This document shows, one piece after another, positions 7,824 through 17,703 of a stretch of DNA of 18,566 bases. This DNA comes from Candidatus Ratteibacteria bacterium (lineage in GTDB: Bacteria; Ratteibacteria; UBA8468; B48-G9; DTJG01), in the NCBI GenBank assembly GCA_049971295.1, contig JBMFLH010000037.1:1-18566 (forward strand), written 5' to 3'. The notes below the pieces were generated by a model. The model was not told the DNA's origin. It made no database searches and saw only the letters and a list, made by a program, of their open reading frames with translations. How positions within the stretch are numbered: the stretch's first letter is position 1; the number at the start of each line of letters is the position of its first letter. The translations under genes were made by a program, and so were the position numbers.

Positions 7824-8800
7824 GAATCGCGATTATTGGTGTAACTGCTGTCGTAGGAATCATCGTAGCAATTGCTGTAGCCAGGTTTCATGCGAGTCTT
7901 TATGGTGAGTTTCAACCTCCTGGAACACTTGTTGAAATACCAAAAAATTTAACGGCCGAGGATATAGCGGTTTTGCTAAAAGAGAGGGGTGTTGTCAAAA
8001 ATACACGGCTTTTTTTAAGGGTCCTTAATAAAAACCATGACGACAAGAAGCTACGTAGTGGTATTTATGAATTCAGTGGAAGGCCCTATATTTATGATGT
8101 GATTAAAAAACTTTTGAAAGGAGAAATTGCATATATAAAGCTTGTTTTTCCAGAAGGGATTACATGCCACGAGATAGGTAAAATTCTTGAACAGGAAAAT
8201 ATCTGTTCATCTGCTGAATTTGACGATTTTGCGAAAAAAGAATCACTTGAGGGATATTTATTTCCTGATACATATAAGTTTCCTTATGGTGTTTCAAAAG
8301 AAGCGGTTGCGAAAAGAATGGTTGATAGATTCTGGGAAATTATTCAACAAATTTATCCAGAACCCGAAAAACTTAATCGAGCAGAACTAAGGAAAATTGT
8401 AATTATTGCGTCAATTGTCGAAAAAGAAGCTGAATTAAATTCAGAAAGGCCGATCATTGCCGGAATTTTTTATAACAGATTGAAAAGAGGCATACCGCTG
8501 CAGAGTTGTGCAACGATTAAGTATGTAATTGGTAACAAGAAATTTCTTAATATGCAGGATTTAAAGATACGGTCGCCTTATAATACCTATCTCCACCGGG
8601 GACTTCCGCCAGGTCCTATATGTAATCCAGGAAGGGAGTCTCTGAAAGCCGCAATCAATCCGACAAAAACCCCATATCTATTTTTTGTTTCAAAGGGTAA
8701 CGGTACTCACTATTTTTCAACTACTTATTCCGAACACCTGAGCGCAAAAAATTATTATATTACAAGCGGTTCTTTTGCTGAGACAGAAAAAGTTCCATAA
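7820..8800 (+). CDS. mltG: Endolytic transglycosylase MltG (YceG family)
   Basis: N-terminal TM anchor, FPEG, LEGYLFPDTY, IASIVEKEA (catalytic Glu), FYNRLKRGIPLQSC, SPYNTYLHRGLPPGPICNPG, YLFFV...HYFS. ATGA overlap with cinA. Confidence 0.95.
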   Translation: MRIAIIGVTAVVGIIVAIAVARFHASLYGEFQPPGTLVEIPKNLTAEDIAVLLKERGVVKNTRLFLRVLNKNHDDKKLRSGIYEFSGRPYIYDVIKKLLKGEIAYIKLVFPEGITCHEIGKILEQENICSSAEFDDFAKKESLEGYLFPDTYKFPYGVSKEAVAKRMVDRFWEIIQQIYPEPEKLNRAELRKIVIIASIVEKEAELNSERPIIAGIFYNRLKRGIPLQSCATIKYVIGNKKFLNMQDLKIRSPYNTYLHRGLPPGPICNPGRESLKAAINPTKTPYLFFVSKGNGTHYFSTTYSEHLSAKNYYITSGSFAETEKVP

Positions 8801-8810
8801 TTCAGCCATT

Positions 8811-9788
8811 TTACTGCGTAGGTACAACAGAAATTCTGTACCGGTGTGGTTTTGCTCCAGAGAGTATTAAGTATCTGGTGAATATCGCTATTTTCCCTCC
8901 ATTATCCGCGCAAAGAGATGATTCTGGAATAATGGCTTTGATATTTTGTCTGGCAAGATAATCCATTATTCTATTTCGCATATAGTTGTTTCTTATTACC
9001 CCGCCACCAAAAAGAAAATTTCTTACCGGGTAAAGATCTATGGCATCATTAATTTTTGCCAGTATTGAATCCGTCATTGTTTTTTGAAAACTCGCGGCAA
9101 TATCCGCTGAATTTTCAATGCCATGCTTTGAGATATAATAATACACTGCAGTTTTGATTCCGCTGAAACTAAAATCAAGAGAATCTTTGATGTATGCTTT
9201 TGGAAATTTTATTCTTTTTTCATTTCCGTTTTGAGCAAGTTTTTCTATATATGCACCGCCAGGGAAAGGCAAGTTCAGCATTCTTCCAACCTTGTCAAAT
9301 ACTTCGCCGCAGGCATCGTCTCTTGTTTTTCCAATCAGTTTCATATCTGTGTGGCTGCGAAGCAAAAATAAACTTGTATGGCCACCTGAAATGACAAGGC
9401 CAAGAGCTGGGAATTGAATAAAGGAATCAAAATAGCACGCCGCAAGATGTGCAGAGAGATGATTGACATTGTATACAGGTTTTTCCAATCTGTATCCAAG
9501 TCCGTTTGCAAATGCCACTCCAACCATCAAACTTCCTTTTAATCCAGGAGTATTTGTGACACCGATGGCGTCTATCTGTTCTGGAGAAACCTTTGCTCTT
9601 TTTAAGGCAACGTTGAATATGGGCACGATTTTTTCGAGGTGTGCACGACTTGCCAGCTCAGGTACAATTCCACCGAAGCAGGCGTGAATTTTTTCCTGAC
9701 TTGCGATAAGATTTACAAGTAATTGATTATCTTTTACAATCCCGATAGATGTTTCATCGCAGGAAGTTTCGATACCAAGAATAAACAT
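8811..9788 (-). CDS. tsaD: tRNA N6-adenosine threonylcarbamoyltransferase TsaD
   Basis: MFILGIETSCDETS, GGIVPELASRAH, HLSAH, ISGGHT, TRDDACGEVFDKVGR, FSFSGIKTA, CADNG. Start set at ATG 9788, which gives the canonical N-terminus 1 bp after the upstream stop, instead of 9833. Confidence 0.95.
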   Translation of the reverse strand: MFILGIETSCDETSIGIVKDNQLLVNLIASQEKIHACFGGIVPELASRAHLEKIVPIFNVALKRAKVSPEQIDAIGVTNTPGLKGSLMVGVAFANGLGYRLEKPVYNVNHLSAHLAACYFDSFIQFPALGLVISGGHTSLFLLRSHTDMKLIGKTRDDACGEVFDKVGRMLNLPFPGGAYIEKLAQNGNEKRIKFPKAYIKDSLDFSFSGIKTAVYYYISKHGIENSADIAASFQKTMTDSILAKINDAIDLYPVRNFLFGGGVIRNNYMRNRIMDYLARQNIKAIIPESSLCADNGGKIAIFTRYLILSGAKPHRYRISVVPTQ

Positions 9789-9789
9789 G

Positions 9790-10665
9790 CTATTTGAGTG
9801 CCTTTGTGATGGGAATGAATGTGTATCCCTCATTTTTTATTTCAGGGATTTTATCTTCAAGAATCTTCAGGGTTGTTGTTCTTGCGTGTCCAATGACAAT
9901 GACTGTACCTTTTTCTTTTGCAAGAAGAAGCGCCTTTTCAATGCTTCTGGAAATCTCATCAAATTCATTTGAATTATCGATGAAAACATCTCTTTTCCCG
10001 GTTTTTATACCCATTTGCCTGGCGAGATTGTAACCAACGGATTGTTTGGATGTCAGGCTATCCACATAGACAAGATTTTTTCCTTTAATTTCTTCAAGTA
10101 TGACTTCCATTTTTTCCTGGTTTGCTGTGAATTTTGAACCCATGTGATGATTGACACCAACAATGTAGGGCTCAAATTTTTTTAGATAAGCATCCATTTT
10201 TTCTCTCAGTTCTTCATTTCCCATGCCTGTTGTTAAAAAACCCGTGGCGATTTTTGTTTCAGCACTCAAATTTTCTGGTTCAAGAGGTATATGAAGAAGC
10301 AATTCAACGTCAGGCTTATTTGACAGTTGTTTTGCTATCTGATAACCAAACGGGCTATCAGGTAATATTGCCAGTGTTATGGGAATTTGAATTTTTTTTA
10401 AGTGATTAACAATATCAGGATTCCATCCAACATCGTCAAGTATTAGGGCAATTTGTCCTGTTCCTTTAGTTTTTTCAGGCAGATTTGTAGGGATTTTTTT
10501 CTCTTCAAATTTTATATGCTTTTCAGGATGAACCTGTTTATGAGGTTTGAAAGGCAGTGATTTCTTTTTCATCTCCTCCAGTATAAAAAGACCAGTGAGT
10601 AAAATCAGAAAGACCAGAAAAAGTATTAAAACACCAGACCCATTTTTTGTACAGTTTTTCTTCAT
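9790..10665 (-). CDS. Divergent polysaccharide deacetylase family protein (YibQ-like), membrane-anchored
   Basis: N-terminal TM, IALILDDVG, ITLAILP, LLHIPLEP, GVNHHMGSKFT, YVDSLT, RDVFID, IGHARTTT. Sits in the usual position downstream of an S41 protease. Confidence 0.9.
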   Translation of the reverse strand: MKKNCTKNGSGVLILFLVFLILLTGLFILEEMKKKSLPFKPHKQVHPEKHIKFEEKKIPTNLPEKTKGTGQIALILDDVGWNPDIVNHLKKIQIPITLAILPDSPFGYQIAKQLSNKPDVELLLHIPLEPENLSAETKIATGFLTTGMGNEELREKMDAYLKKFEPYIVGVNHHMGSKFTANQEKMEVILEEIKGKNLVYVDSLTSKQSVGYNLARQMGIKTGKRDVFIDNSNEFDEISRSIEKALLLAKEKGTVIVIGHARTTTLKILEDKIPEIKNEGYTFIPITKALK

Positions 10666-11840
10666 TTTTTGCTAAGCATTTTTGAAACTTCCTCAATGGC
10701 TTTGTTCAGCTGAACATCCTTTTCCGGATTGCCGATCTCAATTTCTTCAGGTGCGTCAACCTTTATATCGGGTTCTATTCCTTTTCCATCTATTTTTTTT
10801 CCTGATGGGGTATAATAATAAGCAATTGTTAATTTTATAGAGGTACCATCTTCATCAAGTTTAATAAGATTTTGCACTGAGCCCTTTCCAAATGTTTTGA
10901 GTCCCACTGTCTTACATGTTGAAAGATTGTCCCTTAATGCGCCTGTTACAATTTCGGATGCACTGGCACTTCCATTATTAATGAGTATCAAAACAGGTTT
11001 ATCCCATAGTGGTTGTTTCTGTGAATAATATATTTTTTTATCCTCTGGCCGCCTTCCCTGGATGGAAACAATAATTGTTTTTTCTGGCAGGAATAGTTCA
11101 CTTACGTCTATAGCTGAACTTAATAATCCTCCAGGGTTATTTCTTAAATCAAGGATTAACGCTTTGACATTCTGATTCTGGAGTTCCTTTATTACCGCTT
11201 CCAGATCATTGGCGGTTCTTTCCTGAAAATTTGAAATTCTCACATATCCGATATCACCCTGTAAAATAGAACTCTTTACAGATTTTACCTTGATGATATC
11301 TCTCATCAGAGTGATTTTCATAATCTTTGTTGCGTGCTCACGAAGGATGCTTATTGTTACCGATGTCCCTTTTTTCCCTCTTAGCTTCTGTGCTGCTTCC
11401 CATGTGTTCATTCCTTTTGTTGATTGGCCATCTATTTCGATGATTTTGTCTCCTGGTTTAATTCCCGCATTCCAGGCAGGTGAGTCCTGAATTGGACTGA
11501 CTACTGTAATGATACCGTCTTTCACCGTAATTTCCATTCCAACACCTTCAAATTCACCTGATGTTTCCATCTGTAATTCTTTTGATGCTTCAGGTTCAAG
11601 GAAAGCACTATAGGGATCAAGAGATGAAAGCATTCCTTTTAACGCGCCGTAGATGAGTTTCTTGTCATCAACAGGCGATACATATTCTTTTTTCACGATA
11701 TTAACAACACTGACAAAACGTTCAAGTTCTCTATAAAGTTCTTCCTCGTTTTTTCTCGCCTGAGAAAGTTCAAGATTAAAGCCAAGTAAGAAACTTAACA
11801 GGAAAAAGCCAGTCGTCCATATTATGATTTTCTTCTTCAT
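10662..11840 (-). CDS. ctpA: Carboxyl-terminal processing protease, peptidase S41A with PDZ domain
   Basis: Signal/TM, GMLSSLDPYS, GEFEGVGMEI (PDZ), LDLRNNPGGLL, SASASEIVTGAL (catalytic Ser), TFGKGSVQ (catalytic Lys), YYTPSG, GIEPD. Confidence 0.93.
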   Translation of the reverse strand: MKKKIIIWTTGFFLLSFLLGFNLELSQARKNEEELYRELERFVSVVNIVKKEYVSPVDDKKLIYGALKGMLSSLDPYSAFLEPEASKELQMETSGEFEGVGMEITVKDGIITVVSPIQDSPAWNAGIKPGDKIIEIDGQSTKGMNTWEAAQKLRGKKGTSVTISILREHATKIMKITLMRDIIKVKSVKSSILQGDIGYVRISNFQERTANDLEAVIKELQNQNVKALILDLRNNPGGLLSSAIDVSELFLPEKTIIVSIQGRRPEDKKIYYSQKQPLWDKPVLILINNGSASASEIVTGALRDNLSTCKTVGLKTFGKGSVQNLIKLDEDGTSIKLTIAYYYTPSGKKIDGKGIEPDIKVDAPEEIEIGNPEKDVQLNKAIEEVSKMLSKK

Positions 11841-13285
11841 TTTTCCTCCGTTTCATTAGTTATCTCTGTTAATTTTTTCTCAAGCATCTGTTTTACAATA
11901 CCCGGATTTGCTTTGTTTTTCGATTTTTTCATGGCCTGTCCGACCAGAAAGCCCAGTGCCTGTATCTTTCCTGACATATAATCATTGACTGCCTGGACGT
12001 TTTCATTAAGTATTTCCTGAATGATTTTCTCAATTTCCTGTGTATCGCTGATCTGGATTAAGTTTTTTTCTCTGACAATGGTTTCCGGATCTTTGCCACT
12101 TACAAAGCTTTCTTTGAGGACCATTTTACCGACTGTACTGCTAATGACTTTATTTTCAACCATTTCAACGATTTTTGCCAGAAATTCTGGCTTGACTTTA
12201 ATTTCTTCTATTTTGGCGTGATTTTCTTTTAATAAACCAAGAAGCTCTGTGTGTATTAGGTTTGCTATTTGTTTCGGTTGGTGATAGCAAGAAACCGCCT
12301 TTTCAAAATAATCTGATACTGATTTTTCTGCTGTTAGTACTTCAGAGTCATAGGAAGATAGACCATAGTTCTGTTGAAATCTTTTTTTCCTTTCATCAGG
12401 CAGCTCACCTATTTCAAGCGAGATCTTTTGTATAGTTTCAGCGCTAATTCTAAACGGTAATAAATCAGGTTCAGGAAAATATCTGTAATCATGTGCCTCT
12501 TCTTTTGTTCTCATTCCCTCTGTTACCTGCAGCTGTTCGTTCCACAATCTTGTTTCTTGAATGATACTTTCACCCTTTTCTAAAAGTTTAATCATTCTTT
12601 CTTGTTCAAAAGCCAAGGCGCGTCTCACAGATCTGAAGGAATTCATGTTTTTTACTTCCACCTTTGTACCAAGTTGTGAATCTGTTGCCTTTTTAATTGA
12701 AATATTTGCGTCGCATCTTAGCGAACCTTCTTCCATTATACAGTCGCTTACCCCAATGTATGAAATGACCTGTTTTAGTTTGCGAAGAAATTCTTCTGCT
12801 TCTTCGGGGCTCGAAATTTCAGGTTCAGTGACAATTTCCATCAGTGGAATGCCAGATCTGTTGAAATCAATGTATGACCAATTTCCTGTTTTTTCGTCGT
12901 GTAGTAATTTACCCGTGTCTTCTTCAAGGTGAATGCGAGTAATGCCAATTTTTTTTCCATTCACATTTAGATATCCATTTACTGCCAGCGGCTCACGGTA
13001 CTGAGATATCTGAAAATTTTTTGGCAAATCCGGGTAGAAATAGGATTTTCTAACGAAAATAAATTCTTGATTGATTTTGCAGTTTGTGGCAATCGCAGTT
13101 TTTATACCGAGCTCTATCGCTTTTTCATTTACCACCGGTAGTGCTCCTGGTAGTCCAAGGCACACCGGACACACCTGCGTATTTGGTTGTTTACCAAATT
13201 TCGTAGAACAACAACAAAACATTTTTGATTCTGTTAGAAGTTCAACATGTACCTCTAATCCTATGACTGTTTGAAAATCACTCAT
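11837..13285 (-). CDS. gatB: Asp-tRNA(Asn)/Glu-tRNA(Gln) amidotransferase subunit B
   Basis: VIGLEVHVEL, CPVCLGLPGALPV, RKSYFYPDLPKNFQISQY, HLEEDTGK, GSLRCDANIS, EVKNMNSF, RTKEEAHDYRYFPEPDL, C-terminal YqeY-like domain. Confidence 0.98.
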   Translation of the reverse strand: MSDFQTVIGLEVHVELLTESKMFCCCSTKFGKQPNTQVCPVCLGLPGALPVVNEKAIELGIKTAIATNCKINQEFIFVRKSYFYPDLPKNFQISQYREPLAVNGYLNVNGKKIGITRIHLEEDTGKLLHDEKTGNWSYIDFNRSGIPLMEIVTEPEISSPEEAEEFLRKLKQVISYIGVSDCIMEEGSLRCDANISIKKATDSQLGTKVEVKNMNSFRSVRRALAFEQERMIKLLEKGESIIQETRLWNEQLQVTEGMRTKEEAHDYRYFPEPDLLPFRISAETIQKISLEIGELPDERKKRFQQNYGLSSYDSEVLTAEKSVSDYFEKAVSCYHQPKQIANLIHTELLGLLKENHAKIEEIKVKPEFLAKIVEMVENKVISSTVGKMVLKESFVSGKDPETIVREKNLIQISDTQEIEKIIQEILNENVQAVNDYMSGKIQALGFLVGQAMKKSKNKANPGIVKQMLEKKLTEITNETEEK

Positions 13286-13286
13286 T

Positions 13287-14300
13287 TTAGATTCTGAAAA
13301 CTGTGACCAGAAGGGTTACGTTGAGAGATTTGCCTGGAGCAAGGGTCAGTTGATAACCATTTTTCACAGCATCAGCAAGAATTGCCTTTCCGGAAAAGGG
13401 TTCCAGTGCTATGTTATAAGTGCGTCCGTACCATGGATATCCAAAACTACCACAAGCAACCCTCCAGAACCATATATATTTAAAAACATCTACAGGAAAT
13501 TCAAACCTGAAACCCAGAGACAATTCAGGATTGATGATTTCGTATTTTCCTTCTTTTAATTCAGACAGGAATATTACATCTGATACTTTTGCTTCAGGTC
13601 CAGGAACCCTGCTAAGATCAACGATTTTTCCATTGATGCCTTCAACGCGGGGCCAGATTCCAATTCCCTGTTTGAGGTCTGTTAAAGATATACCGTCGCC
13701 CGGCAAGACTTCAACCTTTGCACCATTTTTAATGTTTATTATGCAATTACCATCAAGAAAGGGCTCACCAAATGCAGGATGATGTCCCCATAAAAAATCC
13801 ATGTCTTCGGCCGCTTCATTGACTACCTTTTCCTGAATTTCAAGTTCGGGTGAGTTAGATTTTAACGTAAGAATTTTTTCAAGATAAAATGGGGTTCGTA
13901 ATGTTCTCACCCAGAATTTGATTTTCAACAATTTTATGGAATTTTCCAGTATTTCAAATTCCCATGGAAGGGTCGCTACCTCACCATGAAGTCCAATATC
14001 AGCGCCTTTATATTCACACGGTCTCCCTGCATTTGGAAAGCATTCCTGCCATCCGCCAGGATAATAGTCAATAAATTTTCCAAGTTTTCCATGAATTGTT
14101 TCAGGAAATCCCTGTCTATACAATGGAAATGGGCTGCGCCACATAAAATCAATATCAACAGGCTTATAAAGAAATTCCACGATGTCTGTTCCTTTGTCAA
14201 CGAGAATGCCAATTCTTAACAGCTCATTTTCCATATATAAAATTTTCCCAAGTTTCCATTCATAACAAGCCCATCTGCAACCCTTTTTATTTGAAAACAT
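13287..14300 (-). CDS. Galactose mutarotase-like/aldose 1-epimerase family protein (DUF4432-like)
   Basis: ENELLRIGILVDKGTDI, YPGGWQECFPNAG, GLHGE, WGHHPAFG, IALEPFS; beta-sandwich character. Confidence 0.75.
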   Translation of the reverse strand: MFSNKKGCRWACYEWKLGKILYMENELLRIGILVDKGTDIVEFLYKPVDIDFMWRSPFPLYRQGFPETIHGKLGKFIDYYPGGWQECFPNAGRPCEYKGADIGLHGEVATLPWEFEILENSIKLLKIKFWVRTLRTPFYLEKILTLKSNSPELEIQEKVVNEAAEDMDFLWGHHPAFGEPFLDGNCIINIKNGAKVEVLPGDGISLTDLKQGIGIWPRVEGINGKIVDLSRVPGPEAKVSDVIFLSELKEGKYEIINPELSLGFRFEFPVDVFKYIWFWRVACGSFGYPWYGRTYNIALEPFSGKAILADAVKNGYQLTLAPGKSLNVTLLVTVFRI

Positions 14301-15818
14301 TTAGTTTGTCTCCTCTTCTACCCAATATGCCTGTTCACCATTGACCAGTGTTCTGGCGCATATTAAATGCTTCTGATAGTACTCCTCATCAAGGCTGGCA
14401 ATTACAACCTTCCCTGATTTTCTACTTGCATGTATGAACTTGTTGTCGCCTATATAAATTCCAACATGGTTGATTCTTCCTTTATTGCCAAAAAAGAGGA
14501 GATCGCCTGGTTTTAATGCGCTTACTGGAATTATTTCGCCTGCCTTCGCTTGTTCTCTTGATGTTCTCGGAATGAAAATTCCTGCTGCCTCGTAGGACTT
14601 TTTCGTCAGGCCAGAACAATCTATTCCTCTTTCAGACAGTCCGCCGTAGCGATAAGGGGTATTGAGAAAGTTTAAGGCGTTTTCAATGATTTTTGAGGCA
14701 AAAAGGTTAGAACCAATATTTTCGATTGTCCCTTGACCTGACAGAGATGTTTCTCTTTCTGTTGTTTCTTTATAACTCGCCATTTCAGGTATTACCAGTG
14801 TTTGACCAATTTTTATTTTTCCATCAGTTAATAAGTTTGTTTCTTTGAGCGCCGAAACGCTGATCCCAAATTTTTCGGCAATAGATTCAAGGGTGTCTCC
14901 AAGTTTTACCCTATAATAAACCTTTGAGGAAACCGGAGCAATAGGAGTTGGGTTTACTAAAGGAGGAATTTCTTTTACTATTCTGGCAACAATGAGCGTT
15001 CTACCTGGTTGGATCGTATTTGTTTTTAATCCGTTGAGCCGTTTTATGCTGGCAACAGTGGTGCGATATTTACTTGCAATTTTGTTCAGTGTTTCTCCCT
15101 TTTTTACAGTATGATATTTATTGATGGAAATTGTTGTTGTCTGCGGTGTTGCTGGTGTATCTTCATTTGAAGCGTTCTGGGATTTATTTTCTGTAATTGC
15201 AATCACCTGCTGTGTACCAGAATCTGTTAGTTTATCTTCTGTTTTTAGAATGATTTTTTGTCCCAGCGCAAGTTTTGAATTTTCTAAGTTATTCAATCTT
15301 TTCAATTCTTCTATCGGTATTCCTGTTTTTTTGCTGATGGAAAAAAGAGTATCTCCCTTTTTCACAAAGTACACATTTGAATCCGAAGAGGTATTGACTT
15401 TTTTTATTTCTACATAGGACTTTTGTACCTTTTCCTGCTGGACGAGCGCAAGTTTCTGTCCAGGGAAAAGGGCATTTGTTTTTAAGTTATTGAACGCCTT
15501 TAATTTTTCAACTGATACGCCTGTTTTATTGCTGATGGATGAAAGAGTATCACCCTTTTTCACAATATAGTAATTGGAATCAGCAGTTTTTTGTGCTGTT
15601 TCATACTTATTCACAATGAGGGTCTGCCCGGGATATATTTTGTTTGAAGTGAGATTGTTCCACTTTTTCAATTGCTCTGGAGTTGTATTATATTTTTGTG
15701 CGACAGACGACAGTGTTTCTCCTTTTTTTATAGTATGACGCTGGATAATAGTATTAGCATAAGTCATATTTACAACTGTGAATATTACAACGGCTAAAAA
15801 GAGTAAGGATTTTTTCAC
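14301..15818 (-). CDS. Secreted peptidoglycan endopeptidase: signal peptide, five LysM domains and a C-terminal NlpC/P60 (C40) domain
   Basis: GTG start with GGAGG SD. Five (H/Y)x(V/I)KxG(D/E)TL LysM repeats. PYRYGG, GIDCSGL (catalytic Cys), PGDLLFF, HVGIYIG, FIHAS. Confidence 0.95.
   Translation of the reverse strand: MKKSLLFLAVVIFTVVNMTYANTIIQRHTIKKGETLSSVAQKYNTTPEQLKKWNNLTSNKIYPGQTLIVNKYETAQKTADSNYYIVKKGDTLSSISNKTGVSVEKLKAFNNLKTNALFPGQKLALVQQEKVQKSYVEIKKVNTSSDSNVYFVKKGDTLFSISKKTGIPIEELKRLNNLENSKLALGQKIILKTEDKLTDSGTQQVIAITENKSQNASNEDTPATPQTTTISINKYHTVKKGETLNKIASKYRTTVASIKRLNGLKTNTIQPGRTLIVARIVKEIPPLVNPTPIAPVSSKVYYRVKLGDTLESIAEKFGISVSALKETNLLTDGKIKIGQTLVIPEMASYKETTERETSLSGQGTIENIGSNLFASKIIENALNFLNTPYRYGGLSERGIDCSGLTKKSYEAAGIFIPRTSREQAKAGEIIPVSALKPGDLLFFGNKGRINHVGIYIGDNKFIHASRKSGKVVIASLDEEYYQKHLICARTLVNGEQAYWVEEETN
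15322..15565. repeat. Intragenic direct repeat between LysM domains 2 and 3 (46 bp, 42/46 identical, 198-bp period)
   Basis: 15322-15367 cctgtttttttgctgatggaaaaaagagtatctccctttttcacaa versus 15520-15565 cctgttttattgctgatggatgaaagagtatcaccctttttcacaa. Confidence 0.8.
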
Positions 15819-16540
15819 TTTTCCTCCTTTTCAAGAAGCTCAAACATTTTTGCTATTTCCTTTTTCTTTTCTTCAAAATATGTGTCAATTCGTGATTTTA
15901 ATCCTTCCATTCCCTCAAGAATTGAGATTCTCTCCGCCAATTTTTCTTGTTGTTCAATGATAATGGAAAGTGCCTTTGCCAGAGGATCTGGTAGTTGACC
16001 ATGGTCAAGGTCAACCTTTCTGACAGGATGCGTGCCAGCGACTCTTGCAGGTACTCCCACAACCGTGGAACCTGCGGGTACATCTTTTATTACCACAGAA
16101 CCTGCCCCGATTTTTGCACCCTCCCCTATTTCTATTGCTCCCAGCACAATCGCTCCTGCTCCTATGACGACATTATTCCGAATCGTTGGGTGTCTCTTTT
16201 TTTTTTCAAGAGAAGTTCCACCAAGCACGACCCCCTGATATATTAACACATCATCGCCAATTTCTGAAGTTTCGCCAATGACAACACCCATTCCATGGTC
16301 AATGAAAAATCTTCTTCCAATGGTTGCCCCGGGATGAATTTCAATTCCTGTAAGGAACCGTGCAATGTGGGAAATAAATCTTGCAAATGTTTTTGCTCTG
16401 TGTGTCCAGAAGTAATGTGATATGCGATACATCCATATGGCGTGAAGTCCTGGATAACACAGCAGGACTTCAATCAAATTTCTTGCAGCAGGATCTTCTC
16501 TAAATACTGTTTGAATATCTTCTTTTATTTTTGTTATCAT
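15815..16540 (-). CDS. cysE: Serine O-acetyltransferase
   Basis: [47 protein letters not shown], hexapeptide repeats, [17 protein letters not shown]. Confidence 0.95.
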   Translation of the reverse strand: MITKIKEDIQTVFREDPAARNLIEVLLCYPGLHAIWMYRISHYFWTHRAKTFARFISHIARFLTGIEIHPGATIGRRFFIDHGMGVVIGETSEIGDDVLIYQGVVLGGTSLEKKKRHPTIRNNVVIGAGAIVLGAIEIGEGAKIGAGSVVIKDVPAGSTVVGVPARVAGTHPVRKVDLDHGQLPDPLAKALSIIIEQQEKLAERISILEGMEGLKSRIDTYFEEKKKEIAKMFELLEKEEK

Positions 16541-17703
16541 AAGTTCAGAATACCAGGGTTTTCCAGCGCAATTTTTAATTTTTGTAAAAATGCTCCACCA
16601 TATGCGCCGTCAACAACCCTATGGTCAAGGGATAAAGTAATCCACATTGTTTTTCCGATGACGATGTTATCATTTTCAGCAACCGGTTCTGCTTCAACAG
16701 AACCCACAGCCATGATTGCGGTACCTGGAGGATTGATGATTGCCTGAAATTGAACTACGCCGAACATGCCAAGATTTGTGATTACAAATCTACAGTTTTC
16801 TGTGTCTTCCTTTGTAATTTTCCCGCTTCTGGCTTTCTCTACAAGTCCAGACCTGATTGCTGATATTTCATCTATGGTTTTATCTTTCACATTTTTCATA
16901 ACAGGCACAACCAATCCATGATCTGTATTCACCGCAATACCTATGTCTACAGTATCATGATAATGTATTTCATTGTTGATAAACGAGGCATTGAGCAAGG
17001 GAAAATCAGAAATGATTCTGGAAACGTAGAAGATAAGAAAATCAGTATAAGTGAATTTTTTACCGTTTGATTGAGAGATATTTTTCAACTTTTCTATGTT
17101 GTTCATCAGAACCTTTGTTGAAAGGTAGTAATGCGGAATATTCTGTTTACTCCATGACAATCTTTCAGCAATGATTTTTCTCACAGGAGATAGTTGCTCA
17201 ATTTTTCCAGAAGTGGCGGCTTGCCTCTGTTGTTGCGCATAGGCTTCAACATCTTTTTTTTCTATTCTTCCTCCTTCACCGGTTCCTTTTACTTTTTCTA
17301 TATCTATGCCAAGTTCGCTTGCCAATCGCTTTGCTGCAGGACTTGCTTTGATTCTTTCTTTTTCTACTGTCTGTTCAATTTTTTCAACGGACTTTGTTTC
17401 TGACTCTTTTTCAATTTCTGGCATTTGCTGAACACCTGCAATCTCGGGGATTGCTTCATCGGGGGTATCTGAAATATACCCAATCACAGTTGTGACAGGC
17501 ACTGGTTTATCTGATGGTTCATAAAGGATTTTTCTCAAATAGCCATCATACTGTGATTCAATCTCAAAGTTTGTTTTATCGCTCATAACTTCAAGTAAAA
17601 CTTCCCCTTTGTTAACTCTATCGCCTTCCTTTTTCAGCCATTTGCTAACATAGCCTTCTTCCATTGTCTCACCAAGCTTTGGCATAATAATTTCATGAAT
17701 CAT
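16537..17703 (-). CDS. Dihydrolipoamide acyltransferase (E2) of a 2-oxoacid/acetoin dehydrogenase complex, single lipoyl domain
   Basis: [11 protein letters not shown], lipoyl-Lys EVMSDKTN, E3-binding [10 protein letters not shown]...[16 protein letters not shown], catalytic DHRVVDG. Confidence 0.95.
   Translation of the reverse strand: MIHEIIMPKLGETMEEGYVSKWLKKEGDRVNKGEVLLEVMSDKTNFEIESQYDGYLRKILYEPSDKPVPVTTVIGYISDTPDEAIPEIAGVQQMPEIEKESETKSVEKIEQTVEKERIKASPAAKRLASELGIDIEKVKGTGEGGRIEKKDVEAYAQQQRQAATSGKIEQLSPVRKIIAERLSWSKQNIPHYYLSTKVLMNNIEKLKNISQSNGKKFTYTDFLIFYVSRIISDFPLLNASFINNEIHYHDTVDIGIAVNTDHGLVVPVMKNVKDKTIDEISAIRSGLVEKARSGKITKEDTENCRFVITNLGMFGVVQFQAIINPPGTAIMAVGSVEAEPVAENDNIVIGKTMWITLSLDHRVVDGAYGGAFLQKLKIALENPGILNL

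Noticed and set aside
9789..9833. 15-aa N-terminal extension of TsaD
   Set aside because: It overlaps the upstream gene by 44 bp; the canonical MxILGIETSCDET start is at 9788.
16197..16206. T10 tract (A10 on the cysE strand) as a phase-variation or frameshift site
   Set aside because: It encodes EKKK in the normally Lys-rich loop before RHPT, the frame is intact, and A-runs are common in this AT-rich sequence.
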